Shown: piece after piece, positions 37,836 to 50,790 of the stretch
Layout of the letters: every line of letters begins with the position of its first letter
Numbering within the stretch: the first letter of the stretch is position 1
Origin: an uncultured delta proteobacterium
Lineage (GTDB): Bacteria; Myxococcota_A; Polyangia; Polyangiales; JAFGIB01
DNA length: 64,000 nt
Assembly (NCBI GenBank): GCA_963778655.1
Contig: CAVZVA010000011.1
Location: 96,001-160,000, forward strand
Direction of reading: 5' to 3'
Notes under the pieces: generated by a model
What the model was told of the DNA's origin: nothing
The model's input: only the letters and a program-made list of their open reading frames with translations
The model's database searches: none
Program-made: the position numbers and the translations under genes

Positions 37836-39434
37836 TCATGCACTCGCCTCGGTCTCGAGCCCTTCGACCTCGCCGGAACGTGGCTGCGCGACGTCCTCGG
37901 CGCGCTCGGGCCGCCGGGCGCCGGCCGGAAACCAGAGCTCGAAGGTGGTTCCCTTGCCCTCCGCGCTCTCACAGCGGATGCGCCCGCCGTGCGCTACCAC
38001 GATCTGCTGGCTCAGGGGAAGGCCCAGGCCGGTGCCGCCGGCCTTGGTGGTGTAGAAAAGGTCGAAGATGTGCGCGCGCTGCTCGGCGCTCATGCCCGCG
38101 CCCTGGTCGGCGATGCGCACCACCACGCCGCCGTCGTCGGCCGCCACTTGCAGCCGCACGCGGCCCCCGCCGGGCATCGCCTCGCGGGCGTTCTTGAGCA
38201 GGTTCAGCAGCACCTGCCGGATCTGCGCCTCGTCGAGCGACGCCAGCGGCAAGCCCGGCGCCGTGTCCAGCTCGAGCTCGACCTCGGCGGCCGCCAGCTC
38301 GGGCCGCAGGAACTCCGCAGTGCTGCGCGCGATGTCCGCCAGGTCCTCGGGCTCGAGCTGCGGGTTGGGCAGGCGCGCCACGCGCAGGTACTCCTCGGTG
38401 ATGGCGGTCAGGTGCTCGACCTCGCGGTGCACCGCGCGCAGCAGCTCCTTCTGCTCGGGCGTGACGTCGGCCAGCTCCTCCTCGAGCAGCTCCACGTTCA
38501 GGCCGATGCTCGAGAGCGGGTTGCGCACCTCGTGGGTGACGTGCGCCGCCATGCGCCCGACCGCGGCCAGGCGCTCGGATTGCAGCTGCATCTTCTGCAG
38601 CTGTTTGAGGCTCGCGTCGCGCGCCGCCAGCGCCGCGACCATGCGCTCGAATTCGCGACCCAGCCGCCCGATCTCGTCGTCGGTGTTGGGGCTGAGCTGG
38701 CGCACCAGGTCGCCGCGCGCAACCGCCTCGACGCGCTCTTGCAGGCGCGGCAGCGGCGAGAGCACGCGCTGCGACCACACCGTCACGCCCACCCCCACCG
38801 CAAGCGAGAGCACGACCAGCGCCGCGAGCACCCCGAGCGCGTGCTCCTGCTCGACCGCGGCGCGCGCGCTGGTCTGCTCGATGCGGCCGAGCAGCGTGTC
38901 CCAGACCGTGCGCAGGCGGCCATCGATGCCGCGCTCGCGCGCGCGCAGGTCCGCCAGCACGCGCTCGGCGCCGTCCTTGTCGCCGGCGTCGAGCGCGGCG
39001 TACAGATCGCGGTAGCGGCCTTCGCCCTGCGCCAGCATGGTGGTCACGCGCCGCAGCTCGCGCCGCGCCTTGGCCAGGCTCGCGCGGTCGGCCTCGGGCG
39101 GCGCCATGTGCTCGATGTGCGCGATGCCCTCGAGCGCGCGCTCGACCGTGCCCGGACGCGTCTTGCGCGCGGCATTGAGCCAGGTACGGGTAGCGCTCGA
39201 GTTGCGCTCCGAGAGCATGCGGTCGAGCAGGTTGCCGAACACCGACTGGGTGGCGCGCGCCTCGCTCACGGTGAGCGCCAGCGGCAGGTAGCCCTCGTGC
39301 ACCAGGCTGAGCGTGGCGGCCGTGCGCTGGTGCTGCACGAAGCTGCCGACCGATACCAGGCTGCTGACCGTGAGCATCAACGCGAAGGCGAGAAAGACCC
39401 GGCGTGGGATCGTCAGCCTCGGGCGCTTGCGCAC
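37836..39434 (-). CDS. HAMP-domain sensor histidine kinase
   Basis: Two TM helices, DEIG.L HAMP, HEVRNPL, NAREA, D.G.G, GTGLGL. Confidence 0.92.
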   Translation of the reverse strand: MRKRPRLTIPRRVFLAFALMLTVSSLVSVGSFVQHQRTAATLSLVHEGYLPLALTVSEARATQSVFGNLLDRMLSERNSSATRTWLNAARKTRPGTVERALEGIAHIEHMAPPEADRASLAKARRELRRVTTMLAQGEGRYRDLYAALDAGDKDGAERVLADLRARERGIDGRLRTVWDTLLGRIEQTSARAAVEQEHALGVLAALVVLSLAVGVGVTVWSQRVLSPLPRLQERVEAVARGDLVRQLSPNTDDEIGRLGREFERMVAALAARDASLKQLQKMQLQSERLAAVGRMAAHVTHEVRNPLSSIGLNVELLEEELADVTPEQKELLRAVHREVEHLTAITEEYLRVARLPNPQLEPEDLADIARSTAEFLRPELAAAEVELELDTAPGLPLASLDEAQIRQVLLNLLKNAREAMPGGGRVRLQVAADDGGVVVRIADQGAGMSAEQRAHIFDLFYTTKAGGTGLGLPLSQQIVVAHGGRIRCESAEGKGTTFELWFPAGARRPERAEDVAQPRSGEVEGLETEASA

Positions 39435-39527
39435 GCCCGCAGCGTAGCAGGCGCCGGCGGGTGCCGCGAGCGCTGGCCCCAGGAAGATTCACAGCAAGAC
39501 GGGAAGACGGGAAGTATCGATGGCTTC

Positions 39528-42443
39528 TCAGCGTGCCGGCGCCGCGGGCGCTGCACGCCGCGGCGGCGGCTGCGGCCGCGGGCCCGGTGCGGCCATGATC
39601 TTGTCGGCGTCGCCCTTGAGCGCGGGGGCGGCGGCCTGCGCAGCGGCGGCAGCCCGTGCCGCGTCCGCGCGCTTGCCCAGCGCGAGCAGCGTGCGCGCGC
39701 GCAGCAGCTGCAGCGGTCCGAGCTTCTTGTACCCGAGCGCCAGCGCGCGATCGAGCTCGACCAGCGCGGCGGCCGGCTTGCCGGTCTCGAGGTAGCCCTC
39801 GCCGAGCAGTCGATGGATGCGCGGCTGCTCGGGGTCGATGTACATCGCGCGCTCGCCGTCGCGCACCAGTTCGGGGAAGGCCTTCTGCTTCTGCAGCACG
39901 GTCAACAGCGCCAGGTGCACCACGCGGTCGTGCTGATCGAGATCCGCGAGCGCCCGCAGCGCGCGCAGGCCGAGCGCCGTGTCGCTCTGCTTGTCAGCCA
40001 GCTCGAGCAGCACCCGGTACGCCTCGAGCTTGTCGGCATCGAGCGTGATCGCGTGCTCGGCCTGCGTTCGGGCCTCCACCAGATCGCCACGCGCCAGCGC
40101 CGCGCGCGCCAGCAGCACGCGCAGGATGTAGCCGTCCTGGCCGGCCTTGAGGATCGCGCGCAGGCAGCGCTCCGCCCGCGGCCCGTCGTGCTTCTCGAGC
40201 GCGACCCGGGTCAGCGCGAAGTGCGCGAGCGGGTGTTGCGGCGCGAGCTTGAGCGCGCGCAGCCCGGCCTGCTCGGCCTCCGCGAAGCGATCGTCATTGA
40301 GGTACCCGAGCGCCAGCGCCGCCTGCGCGTCGGCGTCCTCGGGCGCGCGTGCGGCCGCCGCCTGCAGCGCGTCGAGGTCCTCGTAGCGCGAGAAGTCGAC
40401 GTAGAACTGCGAGTCGTACTTGTGCAGGCGCTGCCGGGTGTAGGCGCGAAAGTCGGCGTCCAGGGTGTCGATGTCCACGCCCAGGATCGAGGAAAAGATC
40501 TCGGGCGTGCGTTTGCCCTCGCCCCAGGCCACCAGCATCGGGCGCATCTTGTCGAAGCCGAAGCGCTGCACGATGTAGACCACCGCCTGCGAGGCGGCGT
40601 AGTACGCCGTCATCAGGTCGTCGGGCGAGCGCGCCTGCGTGAACGCCTTGTTCATCTCGCGCAGCTTGGGCACGCGATCCCGCACCAGCGCCACCCACAA
40701 GTCGTAGTCTTCCTCGCGCTTCCACTCCGGTCGCGCGACGAGGGTCTCGTATTCGGCCAGCCCCTCGGTGAACCAGCGCGGCACGTGGTTCTTGCTCAGC
40801 TGCAGGTGGAACACGTGCGCCAGCTCGTGCCAGGTGATTTGCCCCCAGTTGAAGGGTCCGCCGCGCGGCGAGATGGCCGTGACCACGCTGCCGAAGCACA
40901 CGCCCTGCACCCCGACGTTGGGCAGCCCGGTGGTGCGCACCGAGAAGTGTTGCGCGTCGGAGTACAGCTCGATGTGCAGCGGTCCCTTCGGGGTGAAGGC
41001 GTAGCGCTTGCGCATGTCCTCGTAGGCGCGCCGCAGCATCGGCACCAGATAGGGCTCAAGCGCCGCGCGCTCGTTCTTGTCGACGCGGATCTCGAATGGC
41101 GGCGCCGAGAAGCTGACGTATTGTTGGGAGATCACCTTCTCGTAGAGGTTGAGCGTGTTGAAGACCTGGGCGTTGAAGTGATCGCGCTTCCAGGCCTCGT
41201 GTAGCGCCTGCAGCCCGGCGGTCTCGTCGCCCTGGCGCAGCAGGTTGAGCCCGAGCGTGGCGTAGGCCAGCGCGTCGTCGGGGTCGATGCGCAACGCCTC
41301 CTTCGCCATCTGCACCAGCTCCGGGTAGCGGTGCTCCCACTCGGCGTATTCCGCGATGATGCTGAACATGCGCGAAAAGCGCGGGTTGCGCTTGAGCACT
41401 TCGGCCTTGGCGCGCGCGAAGCCCGCGGCGTCATCGGCCAGAAAGCGCGAGGCGGCACGCACGCTGAGCGCTTCCAGCTCGTTGGGGTCGATGGCGAGCG
41501 CCGCGTCGAGGCTGCGATCGGCTGCCGCGATGTCCATCTCGCGCAGCGAAAAGGCGGCGCGCGTCACGTAGGCGCCGACCAGGTTGGGGTTGACGGCGAG
41601 CGCCTTCTGCAGGTGCTCCTCGGCCTTGGGGAAGTCGAACGAGCGCGCCAGCAGCAGGCGCGCCATCAGCACGTGCGCCTCGGGGCTGTCGGGGTTGTGC
41701 TCGAGCGCTTCCTTGACGCTCTCCTCGGCGTGACGCTGGTCGTACTTCTCGAGAAACAGCGCCGCCCACTCGAGCTGGGTCTCGACCCGCGAGCGGTCGG
41801 CCAGGGCGGCTTCGCGGAACGCGTCGTTGGCGTCGTGCCCACTGCCGAGCGCGCGCGCGGCCATCCCCACGTAGCACAGCGCGGCCGCCTGGTCGTCGCC
41901 CAGGTCGTCGTTGTTATAGGCCTCGACCAGCGCCATCAGATGCGGCTCGGCCTGGTCCGGCCGCCCGCGCTCGATCAGCAGCCGGCCCAGCAACACCTGC
42001 GCCCGAAACGCGCGCGGGTCGCGCACGGCCTTCTCGAACGCGGCCTGCGCCTCATCGAGCTTGCCGCGCGCGTGCAGCGCCTCGCCGCGCAGCGTCTCGG
42101 CCTTGGCCTGCAGCGGTCCGCTGGTCGCGGCCACCGCCCGAGCGGCGCGCTCGGCGTCTTCGTAGCGCCCGGTCGCGAGCAGCACCCGCCCCAGCCCGAG
42201 CTGGGCCTTCTTGCGCTGCGCGCCGGAGAGCGCGCCGCGAAAGCCGCGCTCGGCCTCGGCGTAGTGCCCGTTCGCCAGGGCCTGCTGCGCCGCATGCACG
42301 CCTTGGGGCGCGCCCGCCCGCGCAGGCCCGGCCGCGCACAGCAGCCACAGCGAGACCAGCGCCCATAGCACGGCCCGCGCGTGGTCGCGCGCAGCGGCTG
42401 GCCGACGCTTGCAAAGCCCGCACGGGCGCATTGCTCCAAGCAT
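39528..42443 (-). CDS. Secreted TPR protein with peptidase MA-like (gluzincin) domain
   Basis: Signal peptide, TPR repeats, WHELAHVFH and PRWFTEGLAEY; start uncertain. Confidence 0.82.
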   Translation of the reverse strand: MLGAMRPCGLCKRRPAAARDHARAVLWALVSLWLLCAAGPARAGAPQGVHAAQQALANGHYAEAERGFRGALSGAQRKKAQLGLGRVLLATGRYEDAERAARAVAATSGPLQAKAETLRGEALHARGKLDEAQAAFEKAVRDPRAFRAQVLLGRLLIERGRPDQAEPHLMALVEAYNNDDLGDDQAAALCYVGMAARALGSGHDANDAFREAALADRSRVETQLEWAALFLEKYDQRHAEESVKEALEHNPDSPEAHVLMARLLLARSFDFPKAEEHLQKALAVNPNLVGAYVTRAAFSLREMDIAAADRSLDAALAIDPNELEALSVRAASRFLADDAAGFARAKAEVLKRNPRFSRMFSIIAEYAEWEHRYPELVQMAKEALRIDPDDALAYATLGLNLLRQGDETAGLQALHEAWKRDHFNAQVFNTLNLYEKVISQQYVSFSAPPFEIRVDKNERAALEPYLVPMLRRAYEDMRKRYAFTPKGPLHIELYSDAQHFSVRTTGLPNVGVQGVCFGSVVTAISPRGGPFNWGQITWHELAHVFHLQLSKNHVPRWFTEGLAEYETLVARPEWKREEDYDLWVALVRDRVPKLREMNKAFTQARSPDDLMTAYYAASQAVVYIVQRFGFDKMRPMLVAWGEGKRTPEIFSSILGVDIDTLDADFRAYTRQRLHKYDSQFYVDFSRYEDLDALQAAAARAPEDADAQAALALGYLNDDRFAEAEQAGLRALKLAPQHPLAHFALTRVALEKHDGPRAERCLRAILKAGQDGYILRVLLARAALARGDLVEARTQAEHAITLDADKLEAYRVLLELADKQSDTALGLRALRALADLDQHDRVVHLALLTVLQKQKAFPELVRDGERAMYIDPEQPRIHRLLGEGYLETGKPAAALVELDRALALGYKKLGPLQLLRARTLLALGKRADAARAAAAAQAAAPALKGDADKIMAAPGPRPQPPPRRAAPAAPAR

Positions 42444-42499
42444 AGCCCGGAGCCGCAGCCCGCGCCGCCGCAGGCCGGCCGCGGCCCGCCGCAGGCCGG

Positions 42500-43981
42500 C
42501 TACTGCTGGGTAGCGACCGGCTTCTGGCCGATCCAGCGATCCCTGCGGCTGTAGGCCACCTGCTTGGCCTCGTCGGGCCCGACCGACGATTTGTCGTTCT
42601 CGATGTTCTTGGCCAGCGTGATCATGAAGACCGTCGAGCTGCCCTGCGCGCCGATGATGATCGACCAGGCCAGGAACATGCTCCACATGCGGAACCAGCG
42701 CTCGCCATACTTGGCCACGATCGCCGCCTCGTTGCGCTTCCAGTTCTGGTACCACTTCTCGATCGTGACCGAGTAGTGCGCGCCGCAGTTCTCGACGCGG
42801 TGGACCTCGAAGCCGGCGCGCTCCGCCTGTGAGACCACGAAGCCGAGCGGACAGCTGGCATCGGCACCGGGAAACACGTACTTGCCCATGAACAGCCCCC
42901 AGACCAGGTCTTCGTACTGCCAGGGGCGCCGCAGCCCGGCGATCTGCAGATAGAAGATGCCGTCGTCCTTGAGCATGCTGCGCACCTGCAGCAGGAAGCG
43001 CTGAAAGTTCTTGATGCCCACGTGCTCGGCCATCTCCAAGCAGGTGATCTTGTCGTACTGCTCCTTGGGCAGGTTGCGGTAGTCGTCGACCAGCAGTCGG
43101 ACTCGCTCGGAGACGCCGAGCTCCGCCGCGCGTGCCGCGGCCCACTGCGCCTGCTCCTTGGCCAGCGTGATGCCGGTGCTGTGGGTGCCGACCGCGGAGG
43201 CCGCGTGGTTGACCAGCGCGCCCCAGCCGCAGCCGATGTCCAGATGGCGGTCGCCTGGCTTCATCTGCACGTAGTCACAGACGGTCTGCAGCTTGCGCGT
43301 TTGCGCCGCCTCGAGCGACTCCTCGGGGTCGCGGAAGATGCCACTGGTGTACACCATCGACTCGCCCAGAAACCATTGGTAGAAGTCGTTGCCGCGATCG
43401 TACACCGGCGCGATGTCTTCGCGGTCCGCCTTCTGCCCGTGGGAAAGGTTCTGTCCGAGGAACTGCATGAAGTAGAACTTGACGTCGCCCCAGGTGAAGC
43501 AGAAGCGGAACAGCTGATTGCGGTGAAGCAACGCCTGGTGCACGTCCCCGAGGAAATCGAGCCGCTCGCCGACATAGGCCTCGTACACGACCTCCATCGG
43601 AATCTTCTTGCCCGCCCAGCGCGCCGCCTCCGCCGGATCGCGAAAGCGCAGGTAGGGCCGCCAATCGGCCGCACCCACTCCGTCCAGATGCGAGCCGACC
43701 ACCAGCGCCAGCAGCGGCAGCAGCACCCCGAGCAGCGGCACGGCCAGCCAGCCGAGCGCAAACGCCGTGAGCCCGCCCGCGCTGATCAGCATCGCCAGCA
43801 GCCCCACCAGCGTCGGTATGCCCAGCAGCGTCAGGGCGCGCTGCTCCAGCAACCAGAACACCAAGGACAGCGCGTGGCTGCGGCCCTTCTCGTCGTGATG
43901 CGACGCGAACGGCGGATGCCTCAGGGATTGCGATGGCGGCGCGTTCTCGGCGAGCGCGCCCGGTGTGGATGTTTGACTCAT
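42500..43981 (-). CDS. CFA-synthase-family SAM methyltransferase resembling fungal sphingolipid C9-methyltransferase
   Basis: N-terminal TM helices; KIPME; YDRGNDFY.WFLG..M.YTSG; LDIGCGWG; KITCLEMAEHVG; LQIAGLR..WQYEDL.WGLFM.KY.FPGADAS. Confidence 0.85.
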   Translation of the reverse strand: MSQTSTPGALAENAPPSQSLRHPPFASHHDEKGRSHALSLVFWLLEQRALTLLGIPTLVGLLAMLISAGGLTAFALGWLAVPLLGVLLPLLALVVGSHLDGVGAADWRPYLRFRDPAEAARWAGKKIPMEVVYEAYVGERLDFLGDVHQALLHRNQLFRFCFTWGDVKFYFMQFLGQNLSHGQKADREDIAPVYDRGNDFYQWFLGESMVYTSGIFRDPEESLEAAQTRKLQTVCDYVQMKPGDRHLDIGCGWGALVNHAASAVGTHSTGITLAKEQAQWAAARAAELGVSERVRLLVDDYRNLPKEQYDKITCLEMAEHVGIKNFQRFLLQVRSMLKDDGIFYLQIAGLRRPWQYEDLVWGLFMGKYVFPGADASCPLGFVVSQAERAGFEVHRVENCGAHYSVTIEKWYQNWKRNEAAIVAKYGERWFRMWSMFLAWSIIIGAQGSSTVFMITLAKNIENDKSSVGPDEAKQVAYSRRDRWIGQKPVATQQ

Positions 43982-44186
43982 GATGTCGTCACCGGGATTG
44001 GGTCGCCGGGAATCCCGGTCGATCGGTCGGTAATCGCTCTATCGCTTGTGTTGTGGTTGGGATCCGCGCTCTCCGTGGTACAAGCGAAATGATGAATCGT
44101 CTGCCGCGTCAGGCGGGAACCATGATGCTCACTGTTCGCGATCGCCGTCTATTCGCATAAGCCTCGAGTTTTGAAGGAGCGCTTCG

Positions 44187-44861
44187 ATGCGAAGTAAACC
44201 AGCAAGAAAACAGCCGCAGCAGGCGCGATCACGAGTCACGGTCACAGCCATCCTGGACGCGATGACTCGGATTCTGGATCAGGAAGGACCGGACGCTGCG
44301 ACCACCACGCGCGTCGCCGAGGTCGCCGGGGTCAGCATCGGCACGCTGTACCAGTACTTCTCGCATCGCGATGCGATTCTCGATGCACTGCAGGACCGCG
44401 AGTTCGAACGCGCGATGGAGCTGATGGAAAACGTGCTCGCCAGCGATGCCCAGGGGCCGGGCCGCGAGGTCGCGCGGGAGGTGATCCAGGGGCTGCTGCG
44501 CCTGTACGCGGCGGCGCCGGGGCTGCATCGCGTGCTCGCGCTCGAAGGTCTGCGCGTGACCCCGACCGATCGCGTGCACGCGTTCGATATGCGCGTGGTC
44601 GCGCTGATCCGCAACTTCCTGGCCTGCTCGGCACTGCCGATCCGGCGTGCCAACGTCGACGCGGCCGCCTTCGTGGTGTTCCAATCGGTGCGCGCGGCGA
44701 TGCTCGCGCGCATGCTCGAGTCTCCACCAGCGCTCGACGACGAGACGCTGACCGAGGAGCTCACCGACATGATCTTCATGTACCTGGTCGACGACTCGGC
44801 GAGCGCGGCGCGCTCACTTCCGCCGCCGCAACGGCTGCGCGCGGGTCGCCAGCGCGGTTGA
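44187..44861 (+). CDS. TetR/AcrR family regulator
   Basis: RKQPQQARS...VAEVAGVSIGTLYQYF. Confidence 0.92.
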   Translation: MRSKPARKQPQQARSRVTVTAILDAMTRILDQEGPDAATTTRVAEVAGVSIGTLYQYFSHRDAILDALQDREFERAMELMENVLASDAQGPGREVAREVIQGLLRLYAAAPGLHRVLALEGLRVTPTDRVHAFDMRVVALIRNFLACSALPIRRANVDAAAFVVFQSVRAAMLARMLESPPALDDETLTEELTDMIFMYLVDDSASAARSLPPPQRLRAGRQRG

Positions 44862-44912
44862 TCCGCCGCCGGAGCGAGGACGAAGCCGCTCCTGGACGGC
44901 TCTGTGCGGAAG

Positions 44913-45581
44913 CTACTGTACGCCCTGGACTTGCGCGGGCACTTCGGTGCAGCGCGTGACACCCGCCGTCGCGCCGCTGGTGTCGCCGATCAGCATGCCG
45001 ACGGCGCTGGCCGGCGCGCAGCCGAGCGGAGCGAGTTGCTGGATCACCAGCCCGCAGGTGGCGTCGGCGCGGCAGCAGCCGGGGATCGACACCAGGCCCA
45101 TATAGCTTGCAGTGGGGCAGGCCATGGTCTGGGTGCCCGGCGCGTTCTGCTCCAGGCACAGCGGCTGACCCGTGAGCGAGCTCAGATCCACGCCGCAGCG
45201 GTTGTTCGCGGTGCAACACGCATCAACCGTGCCGGTCAGGCCCATCGCGGCCTGGCACGGCATGCACGCCGAGACGTCGTGCGAGACAGGACCGCCCGCG
45301 GGCGGCGGTGTTGTCCCGATGCCGCCAGTGCCCCCGAACGCGCCGCCGGTAGCGATTCCGCCGGTGCCGCCCGCGCCGGTGCCGCCGGCGGCGCCAACTC
45401 CCGCGAGCCCGGTGCCGCCCCCGCTACCGCCCGGTGAGCCGACGCCGGGCGTGGCCGCGCCAACGCTGAACGTGGTGTCGAGGTCGTGCGCGTCGGAGCA
45501 GGCGCACAGCGCGGGCAACGCGAGCGCGAAGAGCCAGCGTCGCGCTCTTCGCGGGCGACCGAGAACCACGTGATCAACCAT
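44913..45581 (-). CDS. Cys-rich putative lipoprotein
   Basis: LCAC lipobox, Gly linker, CC motifs. Confidence 0.7.
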   Translation of the reverse strand: MVDHVVLGRPRRARRWLFALALPALCACSDAHDLDTTFSVGAATPGVGSPGGSGGGTGLAGVGAAGGTGAGGTGGIATGGAFGGTGGIGTTPPPAGGPVSHDVSACMPCQAAMGLTGTVDACCTANNRCGVDLSSLTGQPLCLEQNAPGTQTMACPTASYMGLVSIPGCCRADATCGLVIQQLAPLGCAPASAVGMLIGDTSGATAGVTRCTEVPAQVQGVQ

Positions 45582-45701
45582 CGAAGCGTGCTCCTGACGC
45601 GTGCGCGTCACGCGGCAACTGCATCTGCCGCGAAACCTAGCACGTCGCTCGGCCGACCGACACACGATCCGCGCTGGCTGCCATCAACTGCGACGCAGCG
45701 T

Positions 45702-47789
<2,088 letters not shown>

Positions 47790-48016
47790 CGCTTGCTCCT
47801 TGGTTCGAATGCGGACCGTGTTTGTAGCAGAGACCAGCCGGCAGCGGAACCGCGCGGCCGGAACGGATTCACAGGTAGACGGGGAGGCGGGAAGAGTGGC
47901 TCGCGTGACCCGACTCCTCAACGCCCCCGACTCACGCGCGAGCGAAGCGAGCCTTGCAGGAGGGTGGGTCCCGTTAGGCTTTGCCCAACGGGCGGGAGGG
48001 TCGCGTGACCCTCCCG

Positions 48017-50248
48017 TTACTCAGGCACCAGCCCGTCCCAATCCTCGGTGCGCTCGCCTTCGATGCACAGGCGAGCCTGACGCGGCGTGCACAGCGGGGG
48101 CGGGGCCGAGGCGGAGAACGCGGGCGACTCGGGTGCGTGCGCATCGCTGCCGGCGCGCAGGCGGATCGGCTTGGCCGCCAGCTCCTGCCACAGCGCCACA
48201 GGCGGCACGAACAGCGTGGACCACACCCAGCCGCCGTGCACGCGGTCGTGAACGCGCGTGCGAAACTCGGTCCCGCGGTCGTCGACGTAGCCGCCCGGAT
48301 CGCAGTGACCCGCGGCATCGGCGCGACACAGCCGCAGCGGCCGGTGCTGCGGCGTGGCGTCGGTCGCGCGGATCCACGGCGCGTGCCGCAGGGCCACGTC
48401 GCCCGGGCCGGCGTCGTGCCAGACCATGCACACGCGCGGCGTCTGCACACTGCCCGGCATGCTGCAGGTGAGCAGCGGCTCGCGGCGCGATCGCTCCGAG
48501 CTGGGCTGGGCCATGCGCTTCTCCAGCGGGCCCCACGGAAAGAGCACGTCCTTGGCCTTGCCCAGGTCGCGCAGGTAGCGATCGACGCCCGGATCGAACA
48601 TCGAGCGCGAGAGCAGCGCCATGCGGTCGCCGAGGTACTGCGCCGACCACGGCCCGTAGAGCGTGGAAGCGCCCTCGTAGGCCTGCAGCTGATACTCCTC
48701 GTGCGTGGCCACGTACTGGATGTACTCGTTGGCCAGACCGGCGATCACGGCCTTCTGCGGCGCGCCTGGATAGCGTGCCAGCGCGCGGTGAATGCGCGCG
48801 GTGATGCGGTGCCCCGCGGTCAGCGTGACCTCCGCCGGCACGAACGCCAGCAGCGTGTCGCCGAGCTGCGCCACCGCCAGCGGGAGCTGCCAGGGGAACG
48901 TGCCCTTGGGCCGGGTCAGCAGGCTGAGCTGACCGAGCAGCGGCCGTTTTGGCGCCTGACAGTCGTCGCTCGAGGGTTCGATCGGCGGCTTGCCCTCGAA
49001 CAGCGGCAGCGGCGCCACCGAGGTCGGATGATCGGTCGCGCCGCGTGCAGAGCCTTGCCCGAGCTCGGAGTATCTGCAGGTCCAGTGCGCCTGGTTGTGG
49101 CCATCGTGGAGCTTCGCGCCGCGGATATCCTCCTCGATGTAGCGGGCGTCGAGCACGGAGGCGGGCGCGCCGCTGCCGAGCGGCGGGTGATGGCTCCAGA
49201 CGAAAGCGCCCACACGCTCGCCCAGGCTGATCGCCTCGTCGATGTCGCCGTGGACCCAGATCGGCGAGATGTCGCCTTCGTCGGTGTTGATGACGCCGTG
49301 CAGCGGGTCGGGCACGGCCTGGGCGCAAGGCACCGCCGCCGCCGGATCGAGGCAGGCCTGCAGCTCCGGGTGCAGCGCGGCCCACTGCCGCCGCAGCTCG
49401 CGCTCGACGTGGCGGCTGACCACGCCGGCGACGTCGCCGCCAAACAGCCGGTTGGTGTTCGCGATCACCGTCGGGTGCATGGCGTAGAAGCTCAGCGAGC
49501 CGATCGGCCCGAGCAACCGCGACGGGTCGGCCCGGTCGTAGCCGTCGATGCGCAGCACGTCGAGCTGGGGGTCGATCGCGCGCGCATCTTCGTGGTCCAG
49601 GTACGGGCAGCTCGAGTTGCTGGGGGGCGCAGGCGCGAAGGGCGGCTGGTCGAGCTTGTAAGCCTGCAGGCTGCGGTTGCGGGTAAAGCACCAGAAGTCC
49701 TGGCTGTGCTTCCACGAGAGCCGCGCAGGCAGCGCGCTGCGCCGGGCATGGCGGATCGCCTGCGCCACCCGGTCGGCCATGGCCCGCAGCAGCGCCGGGT
49801 CGAAGCCGGGGTGGCGCGTGCTGAACAGGCCGGTGTACTGGCTGGCACCAAAGTAGTGCGCGACGCCGGCGTGGGTGTGGACCGCGGTCATCATCAGCTG
49901 CGACGGGTGCAGAATGTCGGCCACGCGCGCCGCGACCGCGCGCTGCAGCAGCATGCTCATGGCCGAAAGCTCGCACGGCACCAGCGCCAGCTTCCGCCCG
50001 TCCGAGCCCTCGAAGTAGAACACTCGGCAATAGGTGCGGGTCCAGTAGCCGTGCGTCACGCGCGCGTCCGGGCCGTGCCCGAAGGTCGCGGCGCCGGGCG
50101 GCATGGTGATGTCGGCGCGCCCGGTGCCCGCGTACAACGCGACCGGCACGTGGTCGCGCACGGGCGGCGTCGCGACCTGCACGTGCGAGAGCGTGGCCTG
50201 GCAGGCGCACAGCAGCCACGGGACGAGGCACGCGAGCCGGCGTCTCAT
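48017..50248 (-). CDS. Neutral/alkaline non-lysosomal ceramidase-family lipoprotein
   Basis: LCAC; G.G.ADIT; HTHAG; NRS; HPT; EGDISP; P.E.T..AG; GLANEY..Y..T.EEY..Q.YEGASTLYG. Confidence 0.85.
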   Translation of the reverse strand: MRRRLACLVPWLLCACQATLSHVQVATPPVRDHVPVALYAGTGRADITMPPGAATFGHGPDARVTHGYWTRTYCRVFYFEGSDGRKLALVPCELSAMSMLLQRAVAARVADILHPSQLMMTAVHTHAGVAHYFGASQYTGLFSTRHPGFDPALLRAMADRVAQAIRHARRSALPARLSWKHSQDFWCFTRNRSLQAYKLDQPPFAPAPPSNSSCPYLDHEDARAIDPQLDVLRIDGYDRADPSRLLGPIGSLSFYAMHPTVIANTNRLFGGDVAGVVSRHVERELRRQWAALHPELQACLDPAAAVPCAQAVPDPLHGVINTDEGDISPIWVHGDIDEAISLGERVGAFVWSHHPPLGSGAPASVLDARYIEEDIRGAKLHDGHNQAHWTCRYSELGQGSARGATDHPTSVAPLPLFEGKPPIEPSSDDCQAPKRPLLGQLSLLTRPKGTFPWQLPLAVAQLGDTLLAFVPAEVTLTAGHRITARIHRALARYPGAPQKAVIAGLANEYIQYVATHEEYQLQAYEGASTLYGPWSAQYLGDRMALLSRSMFDPGVDRYLRDLGKAKDVLFPWGPLEKRMAQPSSERSRREPLLTCSMPGSVQTPRVCMVWHDAGPGDVALRHAPWIRATDATPQHRPLRLCRADAAGHCDPGGYVDDRGTEFRTRVHDRVHGGWVWSTLFVPPVALWQELAAKPIRLRAGSDAHAPESPAFSASAPPPLCTPRQARLCIEGERTEDWDGLVPE

Positions 50249-50790
50249 GGCTGGAGCCCGCTCCACAGATTGAGGCGCAGCATCAAGCTCGCGCTCAGCT
50301 CCAGCGTGCCGCTGGTGAGCCAGGTGGCCGACGCCGACGGCACCAGGAACCAATCGAAGCCGACCAGATCGTCGGCGCGCCAGCTCGGCTTGGAGTCCGA
50401 GAGCCGCAGCGGCAGCCCCAGCTCCATCCCCATCACCGGGTAGAGCCGCGGCTCGGCGCCGTCGCGGGTATGCGCGAGGCCCAGGCTGGTGAGCCCTTCG
50501 AACCCGACCCGGGGCTGATCGGGCCGCGGCACGAAGCTCACGCCCGAAAGCGCCAGCACCTGCCAGCGGCCCCAGTGATCGGGCTGCGCGACCTCCGCCT
50601 CGACGCCCATGGCCATCGGCGGGCCGCCTGAGAGCGAGAGCGAGCTGACCGCGGTGGCGCGGACGCCGACGCTGGAGACGGCGTGGTCCTGCAGGGTGTA
50701 GATGCCGCTCGGCCCGAGCCCCGCCGAGCAGCCCGCGAGTAGCGCCGCGGCCGCGAGCGCGCGGAATATGCCGCGACCGTGCCCGCTCAT
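50245..50790 (-). CDS. Putative lipoprotein
   Basis: LLAGC lipobox; overlaps neighbours (translational coupling). Confidence 0.7.
   Translation of the reverse strand: MSGHGRGIFRALAAAALLAGCSAGLGPSGIYTLQDHAVSSVGVRATAVSSLSLSGGPPMAMGVEAEVAQPDHWGRWQVLALSGVSFVPRPDQPRVGFEGLTSLGLAHTRDGAEPRLYPVMGMELGLPLRLSDSKPSWRADDLVGFDWFLVPSASATWLTSGTLELSASLMLRLNLWSGLQP

Noticed and set aside
37350..41204. 1284-aa plus-strand ORF
   Set aside because: Antisense shadow of rph, the kinase and the TPR gene in high-GC DNA; no motifs. The same applies to 47981-50443 and 54958-57861.
42444..43145. N-terminal extension of the TPR protein in the ORF track
   Set aside because: Overlaps the methyltransferase in another frame; the signal peptide indicates a start near 42443.
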